DNA of 64,000 nucleotides from a virus (Duplodnaviria > Caudoviricetes). The position numbers were made by a program, and so were the translations under genes. Positions 39,686-49,946 of the stretch are shown piece after piece (within the stretch, counting starts at the first letter, position 1; each line of letters starts with the position of its first letter). Below the pieces are notes generated by a model. It was not told where the DNA came from. It did not search any database and worked only from the letters and a program-made list of their open reading frames with translations. The stretch spans positions 32,001-96,000 of the IMG/VR virus record IMGVR_UViG_3300045771_000049; one strand, given 5' to 3'.

Positions 39686-39827
39686 CAGTCCTTACTAGGG
39701 CTACGAGAAACGAGAACGAGGCGGCGATGATCTTTAAGCGACGACAGTCCTTTGTACGGCTACAATAACGGCGAGACCTTTTTTTATCGATAGTGGCGCG
39801 TACCAGTCCTTGTGGGCTACGAGAACC
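39686..39827 (+). repeat. three CAGTCC-N-GGCTAC hairpin units at exact 59-bp period
   Basis: CAGTCC at 39686, 39745, 39804; reverse complement of the 37051-37243 motif. Confidence 0.7.
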
Positions 39828-39836
39828 AACCAAAGG

Positions 39837-40874
39837 TTATTCATCTTCTGACAATTTCGCACTGCCTGCTTTATCAGGATCAAAATTCGCATGGGCGGAG
39901 CGTACCTGATTTGCCTGAAAGGCGATCGTAACCGCATGCGATTTTCCGCGATTGCCCGGATTATAGCGGTCGATGTGCCGCAACCCGTCGTATCCGAGTT
40001 CTTCGAGCCAGCGATTCGCTTCAGTTTTGAACTCGATGGTGTCGGTCTCACCACCAAATAGCTGACTTTCCGACTGCCAGTCATGGTAGCCGTCCGTATT
40101 CTGCCAGAGTGTTTTATAAATCTCGCGCCCATAGGCAGAGGCGATCCGTCCGGAGGCCAACATCGTTGCATGGCGCTCAGCTTCTTCGGCCTCCCGTTGT
40201 TCAATCCTGTCAAGACGTTGCTTAATCTCCTTTAGGTCGTATTCAACTGCTTTCTCAACGTCCGTGATGTATTCTTCATCGTTTTCGCCGTCGTCGTAAT
40301 CATCCGGATCGATGTCCGCATGTGAGTCAGCGCCCTCAAGCGTATACAACTGATCTTCGAGTTCCTCAGTCTCGGTCCGTTCCCGATGCTCGTCCTCTAC
40401 GTCGGCCTCATCCGACCAGTTATAGGCTTCCTTTTGGAGATCGTGCCAGAACTCGATATGCTCAGCCCCATCCGGAAAACAATGGTCGAAAATGCGTTTG
40501 ATTTCGGCGAAGGGATAGACCTTATCAAGATCGAAAGGATTCTTAACTTTTAGGAAAACCTTGTATACGGTGGGGGCTGGCTCGTCGTCGGTATCGTTAC
40601 CCCACGACGTGCCGGGCTTCGAATAGCCGCTGGCAGCATCGGTATCTCTGGTCGCATAGGCACCCCGTCCGTAGGCGAGGTTCTCGTCTGGCGTCCGGTC
40701 GAGATCGACTTCGTCGAAATCGCCATTGGGCGTCCCGAAATAATGCGGATCATCCGGATCGAACCCCATCTCGCGCGCACGTGTCATGCGCGCTTCATGT
40801 GAATTATCTCCAGGTGCGGGTGGTCTGTCAGTTAGACCCTCAATCAATGCGATATAGCGCCGGATAATATTCAC
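39837..40874 (-). CDS. ART-PolyVal-like protein with long acidic insertion
   Basis: MNIIRRYIALIE leader; RAREMGFD...YGRGAYAT...VKNPFD...GYDG...QVRS; TAAATA at 40901-40906. Confidence 0.75.
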   Translation of the reverse strand: MNIIRRYIALIEGLTDRPPAPGDNSHEARMTRAREMGFDPDDPHYFGTPNGDFDEVDLDRTPDENLAYGRGAYATRDTDAASGYSKPGTSWGNDTDDEPAPTVYKVFLKVKNPFDLDKVYPFAEIKRIFDHCFPDGAEHIEFWHDLQKEAYNWSDEADVEDEHRERTETEELEDQLYTLEGADSHADIDPDDYDDGENDEEYITDVEKAVEYDLKEIKQRLDRIEQREAEEAERHATMLASGRIASAYGREIYKTLWQNTDGYHDWQSESQLFGGETDTIEFKTEANRWLEELGYDGLRHIDRYNPGNRGKSHAVTIAFQANQVRSAHANFDPDKAGSAKLSEDE

Positions 40875-40981
40875 GATTCTACCAACTACCTATGTTCTGA
40901 TATTTAATGAATATTCGAGTTCGTGTACTCCTGGTGGGGCAACTCACAGCGCGTGCGCTCAGGTTTGCCCTAAATAGCGGC

Positions 40982-41521
40982 ATGCGCTATCGTGAACTGA
41001 TGATCGAGACGACTATCCCCGGTGTGCCACCCAGCGGCAAATTCATTGCCTATCACGGCACCGGGGCGAAGATCACCCAGTTCTTTCAGCCCTCGCTGGC
41101 CGGGCATTTCTTTACCCAAGACAAGGACTACGCCAAAGGCTACGCGGGTGGCAAAACACCGCTGTCGAAAATCGACAAGCCTAAGAAAACCCGCAACTAT
41201 CTGCTCACGGTCGAGCTAGAGATCAACCACATGTTTGACACGAAACATGATCCTCAGGCCTTGGCGTATTACAACACGCGGTTTGTTCCGCAGATCAATG
41301 AAATTCGCGCCAAATATCATCAACCGCTGGTGCCGATCCTCGATCCTGGGCGGTTTGTCTCATTTGTCAATGCTGACGATTTGTACCGCCACTTCATGCG
41401 TTTCAAGCCCGACTATGACGGGATGCTGGTCGATGAGGGCAGCTTTACGTCTCCGGCCATCGTCCCATTCAACGTCGCGCAGATCAAGATCGTGAAGACC
41501 GAGATCGTCAAGTTTGACTAG
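40982..41521 (+). CDS. ART-PolyVal-like protein
   Basis: TAAATA at 40971; MRYRELMIE; AYHGT...HFFT...YA...YDG. Confidence 0.75.
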   Translation: MRYRELMIETTIPGVPPSGKFIAYHGTGAKITQFFQPSLAGHFFTQDKDYAKGYAGGKTPLSKIDKPKKTRNYLLTVELEINHMFDTKHDPQALAYYNTRFVPQINEIRAKYHQPLVPILDPGRFVSFVNADDLYRHFMRFKPDYDGMLVDEGSFTSPAIVPFNVAQIKIVKTEIVKFD

Positions 41522-41730
41522 GTTATTTCAATCGGCCGATGATCGTGATATCGGAGGCGACTTTGAACACGACGCTCACCGGCTCTCCCTCGGGGTTCAT
41601 GTCATATAAGCGCACGCTCCGAAAGCCCATGCCAAAACATTCGTTCATCACCGCGTTTTGGAACGATCCGCTCATCCGACACGGTCTTCGCACAATCGCA
41701 TCCAGCGCCGGAGATCGGTCTGCATCTGAG

Positions 41731-42489
41731 TCATAGCGCGAAATGCTGACGCAATAGTCGGCTGATCATGGCATCAAGCGCGTCTAATGTGGCACCCTCG
41801 GCATGATCGACGTAGCGTTCATAGGACTTGCTTTTGGTCGCCATGAGATGTCGATTGCCTAAAATCGTGTTCAGCATCGCCGCTCGCATCGTCTCAGGCA
41901 CTTTTCGCAGCACACGAATGAGATCATATGCCACGGTGTGGGCGTAGGCTTCAAGTTCATGCGGTGCCGACAAATACCGATCATCAGTTGCACTACTGAA
42001 GTCGCCGCGTCTGCAGGAACCCGGCGCGTTAAGCTGATCCCGCGTAAATTGCTTTTTAAGCAACTGAACCACATGAACAAACTCATGCCCAACAGCACCA
42101 GCAAACAACTGACATACTTCATCGAAAACCTCATCGCTTTCCGAAGCCGCTGCCAAAACCGGGTACGGTAGATAGATGTTAACCTTTTTGCTCACGATGC
42201 CGGTTTCAGCCCGGACCTCCGAGCCAGCGCGATCGATCTGAATTTTGACCGGAGGGGAACTGAAACTGAAATGGCGTTGCAGCCAACCACCGTATTGCTT
42301 GACCAAATCCGCCATGATGTTCTGCAAATCATTTTGCAACTTGTTGCCGAGTTGCCGGGCACTGCCAAAATCGCCATTGAAATCGGCAAAAACCGCATTG
42401 AAACTTGCCTCTGCGCGATCAAACACGAAGGTGTCAATCGCGCGTTCGTCGGCTTCGACCAGCTTAATCCAATGTGTCAGGGCTTTCAC
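41731..42489 (-). CDS. zincin-like metallopeptidase with leader
   Basis: HEFVH + ELEAY; MKALTHWIKLVE leader; TAAATA at 42496-42501. Confidence 0.7.
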   Translation of the reverse strand: MKALTHWIKLVEADERAIDTFVFDRAEASFNAVFADFNGDFGSARQLGNKLQNDLQNIMADLVKQYGGWLQRHFSFSSPPVKIQIDRAGSEVRAETGIVSKKVNIYLPYPVLAAASESDEVFDEVCQLFAGAVGHEFVHVVQLLKKQFTRDQLNAPGSCRRGDFSSATDDRYLSAPHELEAYAHTVAYDLIRVLRKVPETMRAAMLNTILGNRHLMATKSKSYERYVDHAEGATLDALDAMISRLLRQHFAL

Positions 42490-43119
42490 TTGAGATATTT
42501 ATCCGAGACGGATCGATTACGCCACCCAGCCGTAGGTCCAGTGATCGTCCTCTTGGGCGTCACAGGGCTGCCCCAGATGGCAATCGTCCATTGGAGCGCC
42601 ACATAGTAGGCAGAACCGGCCTGCGGCGTCCCAGGTATGGCCGTGCGGGTTTGCGGGCATGAGTGGCGCCGGGGTGTTCGGCTGGCCTACTCGTTGGCAG
42701 CTATCTAGGTCATCATCGCCACCGACGACGAGCAGACAATGCTGCTCGTTGACGCAAGCAAACGCGAAGTTCGGCGGATCGGGCCGCCCGATGAAGGCAG
42801 CAGGCCGATCCTCAAGGCCGTGCCTGTTTAATATCGATCGCACCAGTTCTTTAGTGGTCATCAGCGGCTCTCCTCTGGCACAAGCCACGCATCCCGCGCC
42901 CCGATTGCATCGGTCAGATCGCTGGTCACGGCATAACGCTGGGCGCCTGCAAACTCCGGATCAGACGAGAGATTGTCGATCGGGACGGCTTTGCCATGCA
43001 CGAAGGCGAAGATCGGAGTGCCCCGACTATCGCAATAGAACTCCGTCACCGTGATTTCTGCGCCGGGATAGATGAACAACCTGATCTTTTGACCTGCACG
43101 AAATCCCATACCATCCTCC

Positions 43120-43569
43120 TTAACGATAAGCCGGTACGACACTGATGCTGTTGAATGGTGAGCCGTTGATCAGTTTGGTGCTCACCACGGTATAAACCAG
43201 AACATTCTTTTCTGTATCGACGGCTCGGTGTATCTGAAAGGTTTTGAAGAAAATCGAGCCAGAGCGGCTGGCTATGACTTCTGATTTGGGCATATCGGCC
43301 GGGATGGTTATCGGTCCGGTGGCCCGGCACGCCACGGAAAACCGGCTGGGGTCTTCGGCAAAGCCCAAGCCGCCGGTGAGACCACCCGTCGTCGCGCGGG
43401 ACAGATAGCATGATACGTTGGCCACCCGACTATCATCGAAGCGCTCGACGATGACTTTGTCATCCGGGCCGAGCCAGCGGAAATTGGTGTTGATCTGATC
43501 GATCTCGGTTTGGGCGATGGCGGATGTGCTGACACATAGCGCCAAGGCGATCCACGATAACCGGTGCAT
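43120..43569 (-). CDS. creA: CreA family protein
   Basis: signal peptide; DKVIVE.FDD..VANVSCYLSRA.TGG..G.LG.AEDPS..SVACR.TGPI...GSP.NSISVV. Confidence 0.85.
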   Translation of the reverse strand: MHRLSWIALALCVSTSAIAQTEIDQINTNFRWLGPDDKVIVERFDDSRVANVSCYLSRATTGGLTGGLGFAEDPSRFSVACRATGPITIPADMPKSEVIASRSGSIFFKTFQIHRAVDTEKNVLVYTVVSTKLINGSPFNSISVVPAYR

Positions 43570-43622
43570 CTTGAGGGTCCTTCGGTCTGGGTAGCCGTTT
43601 CTGTATTTCATCGTCGGCCGCA

Positions 43623-44375
43623 TTAGGCAATGTCGGTCTCATCGATCATGTTACTGGCCGGATAGAACGTCCCGGCATTACCGATCGCGGATTTGATCTG
43701 GGTTGACGCAAAGACCGCGTAGATATCAGCGGCCTTGCCACTGCCCTCCTGACGATCTTTCACATTCCGCACGATCAAGCCATCATAGCCCTTCTGTTTG
43801 GCCAAAGCCATAAGATCGTTGGTTGTCCAAACATCATCTTCATAATAAATGTCGCGCCAACTGTCGCCCTTCGCATTCACCCGCAGCGGTTTGATCATCC
43901 GCAGATAGGCCATGATCACGTTGCCACCCTCGGCAAAGCTCTTGACATCCTGAATGGCGTGTTGCCTGAAAAACGCACAGGCCGCGTCGAAGTCGTTATC
44001 CGTCATCAGGAGCTTGTGATATTGTTTTTGCTCGACCTCGGTGGCAAAGCCCCAATCCTCGGTCTGTTGTCCGGCATAGCTTTGCGCCATGTCGGTGGAA
44101 TTGGTGAAAATGAACGTGCCCGTAGGCACGCCGGTCTGGGTGTTCGAATTCGACATCGCTGGATCGAAGAAGCGAAAATCCGATTTGGTGCCATGATAGA
44201 CCACCAGCGGTTGGCCACTGCGATTGACCACCCGGCTCCGGCCAAACCACTGCCAAAACGCTTGGGTTGCGGTGGGGGTCTGGGCGATCGGACGTCCCAA
44301 ACTGTTGGTTGGCGGAGTCGTCGGTGCTGTCCGCTTGGCTTCGACCAGTTGCGACCAGTGGCGTAAGGTGTTCAT
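43623..44375 (-). CDS. ART-PolyVal-like protein
   Basis: MNTLRHWSQLVE; FWQWFGRSRVV..GQPLVVYHGT...GYDG...QIKSAIGN. Confidence 0.85.
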   Translation of the reverse strand: MNTLRHWSQLVEAKRTAPTTPPTNSLGRPIAQTPTATQAFWQWFGRSRVVNRSGQPLVVYHGTKSDFRFFDPAMSNSNTQTGVPTGTFIFTNSTDMAQSYAGQQTEDWGFATEVEQKQYHKLLMTDNDFDAACAFFRQHAIQDVKSFAEGGNVIMAYLRMIKPLRVNAKGDSWRDIYYEDDVWTTNDLMALAKQKGYDGLIVRNVKDRQEGSGKAADIYAVFASTQIKSAIGNAGTFYPASNMIDETDIA

Positions 44376-44388
44376 GCGCTAGTTTCCT

Positions 44389-44538
44389 TTAAGGCGTCGC
44401 GCACGTCCCATTCGCCTTGTAGCCGGTCTGCGGACGCTTCGTAGCGGCCCGCAGACCGGCTAAGTCACACTGGCTGCCGAGTTTCGCCGGATAGCGATAT
44501 CCGTCCACCTGCTTTATCCACTGTCGAATATCGTGCAT
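44389..44538 (-). pseudogene. orphan leader-only ORF (MHDIRQWIKQVD...)
   Basis: TAAATA at 44544-44549; leader-like start, then a hairpin and an early stop. Confidence 0.45.
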
Positions 44539-44723
44539 GGTGATATTTAATGCACATTAGTTGCTCTCACGTTTCTTGCGGTTCTCGATCAAATACTCCC
44601 GCATGGTTTTGGTCCGTTCCCGGAGTTCGTCGTCGCTCAACCCTTCCATGGATTTCGCTAGAGCTTTAATCCAGGCCAAACGCGCCTGATTGTTCGGATC
44701 ATCCGACATGGTCATCGATCCCG

Positions 44724-44957
44724 CTAACGATAGTTGGTATTCCATTGGCCTTGACGCTGTTGATCCTGTCGCTGCTGATGTTTGTTCAGTTCATGCCCCC
44801 CGATACAGCCAGCAATGGCGCCCAGGATGCCGTGATGGGCGAGATGACCGGCCGCGCCCCCGGCAATTCCCCCACTGATGCAACCGATCGCCTGGGCGGG
44901 CCTAATCTGATTCAGCGCGAACACGCCGACCAGAGCGACGATGATGAGACAACGCAT
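44724..44957 (-). CDS. small secreted glycine-zipper-like protein
   Basis: GGAGG SD; signal peptide; GCISGGIAGGAAGHLAHHG. Confidence 0.6.
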   Translation of the reverse strand: MRCLIIVALVGVFALNQIRPAQAIGCISGGIAGGAAGHLAHHGILGAIAGCIGGHELNKHQQRQDQQRQGQWNTNYR

Positions 44958-44972
44958 GCGTAACCCTCCATA

Positions 44973-45350
44973 TCACCGACTGAGTTTGTGAAATTCCATG
45001 GTATCCCCGGACGCGGTCAAATCCAGCACCTGCCCGTCCGCAGACAGTTTATAGGTATCATGCTCCACGGTCGGCGCGCCATGGGCCACTGTGACATGCG
45101 ACTGGCTCGGCGTGAACACCAGGGTGCCACTGGTCGCGCTGGCAACCGTCTGCCGATAATAGCCCGCCATCTCGGCGATGGTTTCTTTGTTTTTGGTCGT
45201 CTCGCTGTTCCATTGACCATCCGGTTCAACGTTCATTTCGATAGTCACACCATCATTCAGATCGGCGATCCAATATCCGGCCACGCTGGCATCGGCCAAG
45301 GCCAGCGTTGGCCACGCCAGCAGTAGACCGCCGACAATAAACAGTTTCAT
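44973..45350 (-). CDS. secreted hypothetical protein
   Basis: AAGGAG SD; ALA-DA signal peptide. Confidence 0.6.
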   Translation of the reverse strand: MKLFIVGGLLLAWPTLALADASVAGYWIADLNDGVTIEMNVEPDGQWNSETTKNKETIAEMAGYYRQTVASATSGTLVFTPSQSHVTVAHGAPTVEHDTYKLSADGQVLDLTASGDTMEFHKLSR

Positions 45351-45540
45351 TCGATTCTCCTTGGAAGTGTGAACCACGCGATGTTCCCTCATTGGTAGGC
45401 AACCGTCAACTCCTGCCGCAAATCTCACAGGCGCCATCAACCAGCGCCCAGAACTGTCAGTTTCAGCCTCGCCCACGGTCCCGACGGTTGACGCTGTGGT
45501 CTATAGGTTTTATTGTTGGTCTCGTCACCAGGAGAGCAAA

Positions 45541-45864
45541 ATGCAGGCGCCATGGCGGGTCAGTGATCTCATCCATGAAATGGACATCAAAGGATTTCTC
45601 ATCATGTGGCGGGGCAATCGACCAATATTGATGCGGCTCGCAGGGACCAACGATTTATTCCTGCCGGTGTTTTCGACCGAAGAAAAACTGCAAGCCATGG
45701 ACATGCCATTTGATAGTGTCAGACGCATCGATGACATGGCGGGTTTTCTCGGCAGTTTGCCATTTCGCACGCTGGATGGCTGTCGTCTGCGGATCATTGT
45801 TGATCCCTATCAGACGGCGCGCGGGACCACGCGGTTCCGCGAGATATGGCGACCCATTCATTAA
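45541..45864 (+). CDS. hypothetical protein
   Basis: AGGAG SD; FLPVFSTEEKL motif. Confidence 0.5.
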   Translation: MQAPWRVSDLIHEMDIKGFLIMWRGNRPILMRLAGTNDLFLPVFSTEEKLQAMDMPFDSVRRIDDMAGFLGSLPFRTLDGCRLRIIVDPYQTARGTTRFREIWRPIH

Positions 45865-45958
45865 GCCATTTAACACTCATTCGGTGGTCGGTGGCCAGTG
45901 CCGAGACCGGCCACCTTGATAAGCCAGACCACCACCCACACTTAACGTGCTGCTGAGT

Positions 45959-46558
45959 TTAGCCGACGAATTTCAGTAGACGGGAGTACCAAGGTTTACG
46001 ATCGGGCATACCGGCAATGGCAATAATCCTGCCATGATCCCAAATCCCCAAACATTCGTCATGGATGGTCCCGTCGAGATCACAGTAGGTGACATTGAGA
46101 ATAGGATCGTCGTAGAAATATTCAACGGTAAATTTGGCGTCCCAGATGTTGCGGTGTACCGTGGCGGCGACTTTGATGATCTCGGCCGGAGCGGCTGTTT
46201 GATCCGGCGTGGTCATCAATTGGGTCACCGAATTTGATAGCTGTCGTTTGATCACCCTGAAATTGGGTTCGTATTGCAGATCGCCAAACGGCAGTTCGTT
46301 CTGTTCCCGTGGGAACCAGTCGTTACCCATTGCCCGACTCGCTAGTTGCCGCTTGGTCCAGAAGGCATGGCCTTCCGCAATAAGTTGCGCCTGATAGGGA
46401 CCGATCGCCGCATAGCGTTCAAGCACAAGACTTTTGTGCTCTTGAACGATCTGGTGCGGCACGGGCTGGATACCGATCGCTGCCAAGGTGTTGGGGATCA
46501 GGGCTGGGACATCGAGATGGTTTTGACCAGGGGGGTTATCGAATGGCATATGGTTCAC
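45959..46558 (-). CDS. hypothetical protein
   Basis: long ORF; hairpin at ~45883-45916 downstream. Confidence 0.5.
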   Translation of the reverse strand: MNHMPFDNPPGQNHLDVPALIPNTLAAIGIQPVPHQIVQEHKSLVLERYAAIGPYQAQLIAEGHAFWTKRQLASRAMGNDWFPREQNELPFGDLQYEPNFRVIKRQLSNSVTQLMTTPDQTAAPAEIIKVAATVHRNIWDAKFTVEYFYDDPILNVTYCDLDGTIHDECLGIWDHGRIIAIAGMPDRKPWYSRLLKFVG

Positions 46559-47181
46559 CTTTCACATAACTGGTTAGGCATGACCATGGTCTGTCTAATT
46601 CGATGTTCTGTCAATGGCTTTTTAAATTGTTAATGACTTTTTGAAAATCGGTTCGATCGTAGTGAAGGAGGCTTGTTTTCTGGTACGCGGGATGATGATG
46701 TCTTTGGTTTTCAAAAACCGCCCACGATCTCCGGAGTTCAGAAAGCCGATCAGAACATGGCTGATGTCGGAGGCATCAACCTGGACCAGAAACACCGCAA
46801 TGTTGCCGACTTTTTCCAGGTAGCGTTTCATCGGTTCGGTTTTGGTGCTGAAATGCGCGTAAGGCACGTACACAAACTGCGAGTAACATTCGAAGGGCAG
46901 ATGCACGCCAACGCTGCCGAGAACGCGGCAATGCTGTTTCGCTTGATCGATATTCCAAAGGCTTAATTCTGTCATGCTGCGTCCTTAGCAAGGATTCGAC
47001 AGGGGTCAGATCAAGTTGGGGATCGTTTGGCTCGGCGGCTAAAATGAAGCTTGCTCATTTTCCCGCCAATCCGCAGGACCGGCCTCCACCAGTGGTATCC
47101 ACTGCCGAAGATTATATATCATCACCTATTTACAAACCGCACAGAAACATGTTATCTCTGAGTTAGGAAGGGACCCCTGCT

Positions 47182-47409
47182 ATGTGCTACCCATCGTGCC
47201 TGCATTTCGTCGGATTCAGAGATGATGCTTATCTCCGGGCGGTCAGGCTGTTCGGTCGCCCCGACATGGTGCATCGGTTCTGGGACAAACGTGCGGTCGG
47301 GGACGTGGCGCCGGGTGATACTGTGGTATTCGCGCGCGACAAGGACTGGCAACGTTATCTCACCGGACAGCCAACACCGTTTTCATTCAATGACTCCGAG
47401 GAATTTTGA
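47182..47409 (+). CDS. small hypothetical protein
   Basis: AGGAAGG SD; HFVGFR...RLFGRPD..HR.WD.RA. Confidence 0.5.
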   Translation: MCYPSCLHFVGFRDDAYLRAVRLFGRPDMVHRFWDKRAVGDVAPGDTVVFARDKDWQRYLTGQPTPFSFNDSEEF

Positions 47410-47518
47410 CCTTCGTTGCGATGCGTGAGTTCGCGCATGGATGGATTTCCTGATATAGAAAACTGGCGCTAGTCGATGAGCGGCGCCTAAATATCACACG
47501 CAGTGAAGGAAAAGACAG

Positions 47519-47890
47519 ATGAGTTTTTTGAGTGGCATTGTCGGCAATCTGATGGGGCAGACCGAAGGCGGTGCATCGCCCGTGCATGACGTGTTGGCGG
47601 GCTTGGTTGGTGGCGGCCAGCAGGGCGACATTTCGGCGAACCAAGGCGGCCTGACCGGATTGATCGAAAACTTCCAGCAGGCCGGTCTGGGCGACATGAT
47701 TCAATCATGGATCGGCAACGGGCCGAACCAGTCGGTGCTTCCGGAGCAAATCCGAAGTGCCATGGGCAACGAATGGGTGCAGCGCATGGCGAGCGCTTCG
47801 GGTCTGGTGCCGGAAGACCTCCTCAATCATCTCAGTCAGCATCTGCCCAATGCGGTCGATGCGATGACGCCGGATAGCCGTATCGATTAA
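47519..47890 (+). CDS. YidB-family protein
   Basis: GGL.GLIE.FQQAGLGD.IQSWIGNGPNQ...LP.AVD.MTP; TAAATA at 47488. Confidence 0.85.
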   Translation: MSFLSGIVGNLMGQTEGGASPVHDVLAGLVGGGQQGDISANQGGLTGLIENFQQAGLGDMIQSWIGNGPNQSVLPEQIRSAMGNEWVQRMASASGLVPEDLLNHLSQHLPNAVDAMTPDSRID

Positions 47891-48912
47891 TGCTGTCCGT
47901 GGTAGATCACCACATTGGTATCGCCCATAAGATGGCGGTTGACCGACATCGATTGAACGAAGACTTTGTAATTGCCTAGCGCACGCGGCGAGACGGTGAT
48001 CTGACCGGAGTCCGGGAAGCCCAGCATCTGCCGGGCGACCCGGCCGGTATAGAATTTCGCGGTCGTCTTGTCCTGAATGATGATGTGTTTGCGTTCCTGC
48101 ACCTTCTCGGTCTTGGTGAGTTGATAATACGCTGATCCCTGGCTGTAGCTGCCATTGCGAGTGGTGACGAATTCCCTGATCTCGATGCGATTTTGTTCGA
48201 TCGGCACGTAGAGTTGCAGGATCAGGCCGGAAATGTCCTCCAGATTCGCTTTCACCTCTTGCGTGCTGAGTTGCGACAAATCGGCATAAAACCGGGTGGT
48301 GCTGGTTTCACCCTTGCTGCGGGCGGCGTAAAAGCGGTTAAACGCGGTCGAGGTTGCCGCACTGGCCACCTCGACGCCGCGATCGGTTTGTTCCCATTCC
48401 AAGATGTTGCCAGGGTGGATGCCATGCCGGATCAGGGTCTTTGCGTCGCCCTTCGGCACCCGGAAGACGAAGGTCCAGCGATCGGTGTTTTGCAATTGCT
48501 TGATCTTCTCAGTCAGGCGCGCGGCCGTCCAGCGGCCGGATCGATTTTCCTGCCCGTCCGTGATCACCATCACCAGAAAGGAGACCTCCAGATCATCGGC
48601 ATCCGGCACGGCGGCCATCATTTCGATCAATTCGCCAATCGAATCAAACAACGGGGTGCCGTACCCATCTGCGACGTATTGGGCCTCCGGGATCGCGCGC
48701 AGAACCTGCACATTGGAATTGACCGTCTCGCGGATCACGGCGGCCTTTGTACCCACGCCACATTTCACCACGTTGACGATGGTATCAATCGCATTTTCGC
48801 GGGCGGCGATCTGAATGGTGGCGATGTTGTTGTTGTAATCCCGGCAGGCGGGACGGGCGATATGGGCCATCGACTGGCTGTGGTCGCGAGAAATTCCGAC
48901 ATATTGCTTCAT
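47887..48912 (-). CDS. von Willebrand factor A domain protein
   Basis: MIDAS-like D.S.SM; GTPLFDSIG; VITDGQEN. Confidence 0.8.
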   Translation of the reverse strand: MKQYVGISRDHSQSMAHIARPACRDYNNNIATIQIAARENAIDTIVNVVKCGVGTKAAVIRETVNSNVQVLRAIPEAQYVADGYGTPLFDSIGELIEMMAAVPDADDLEVSFLVMVITDGQENRSGRWTAARLTEKIKQLQNTDRWTFVFRVPKGDAKTLIRHGIHPGNILEWEQTDRGVEVASAATSTAFNRFYAARSKGETSTTRFYADLSQLSTQEVKANLEDISGLILQLYVPIEQNRIEIREFVTTRNGSYSQGSAYYQLTKTEKVQERKHIIIQDKTTAKFYTGRVARQMLGFPDSGQITVSPRALGNYKVFVQSMSVNRHLMGDTNVVIYHGQH

Positions 48913-49046
48913 GATATTTGCCTATGATAATTGCCAATACAGTATTCGCATACTGTAGTGCTATTTATCCAGAAAATTCAGCAGTAATGCGGAAATATTC
49001 GACTTGAAGAACTGATGTAAGCGAGGGAACCGCAGTTCGTTCGAGG

Positions 49047-49481
49047 CTATCGAAGGCGCAGATGACGGGGATCGAAGACGATCAGGGTGCCAACTTCACC
49101 CAGCAGAGCGTCGGGAAACTCGGCATCCGGCCGGGTAATTTCGATGCCATCGTAGCCCGCTGCTTGCAGTTCAGCGCGAAACGCCGCGACAGTCTCCGGA
49201 CTGCTTCGGCGCGGAAACCGGTCATAATATTGATTGATGGGTAATTTGAAATAACGCCCGTGCCGCAGCATCAGCGCCATGACGTGCTTGTCTTTGCTGA
49301 ACGCCGGGTAATTGGCAGCATGCTGCGCATCGCGGCTGACAAAATGACCGAGCAGCGCCGTGGGATGACTGCTGCTGTCGCCGCGATGCGCATCGTCAAA
49401 TGTCGTGAAATGGCGATCGGTGCCATGATAGACTGGATGTTCGCCTTCTACCAAACGCATCCATTGACGCAGATTAGACAA
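49047..49481 (-). CDS. ART-PolyVal-like protein
   Basis: MSNLRQWMRLVE; VYHGT...GHF...GYDG...VFDP; TAAATA at 49510-49515. Confidence 0.75.
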   Translation of the reverse strand: MSNLRQWMRLVEGEHPVYHGTDRHFTTFDDAHRGDSSSHPTALLGHFVSRDAQHAANYPAFSKDKHVMALMLRHGRYFKLPINQYYDRFPRRSSPETVAAFRAELQAAGYDGIEITRPDAEFPDALLGEVGTLIVFDPRHLRLR

Positions 49482-49946
49482 ATCGCACCCACTTTATGCC
49501 AGATTGCCTTATTTAACTCCCTGACGGGGGTCCGTGTCCAGCGCCTTCCCACCGACCGAGCACGATCTTGAGTTTGGCCAGCATGTCCTCACGCGGCATA
49601 GTGCCGATGTAGTTGAGACCGGTCTCCTCGGGCATGAAAACCAGCAAGGCGATATCTTCCTTCGGATAATATCCCTGGACGGCCTTGATGGCTGCCCGCA
49701 TGCGTAGATCATTTTGAATTTCGTTCATTGTTTCCCTCCTGCACCGAGCAATCATAGCAGATGATCGGATCAGCAGTCTCACGGTGGAACGACATGTGGG
49801 TCGGTTGCGCGCACACCGTGCAGTTCACCGGCTGGCGCAAGATGCCGAAAATGAGGTCGAAGTACTGGGCGTCTTCGTCAGGGTGATAAAACGCACCACA
49901 CGTATAGGCTTCTGTGATCATTGTAGCTCCCCCTCGACAAGTTAAC

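Noticed and set aside
39686-39827. CRISPR array call for the 59-bp periodic repeats
   Set aside because: Repeats are too degenerate, there are only three units, and no cas genes are in the window; reported as an unexplained repeat instead.
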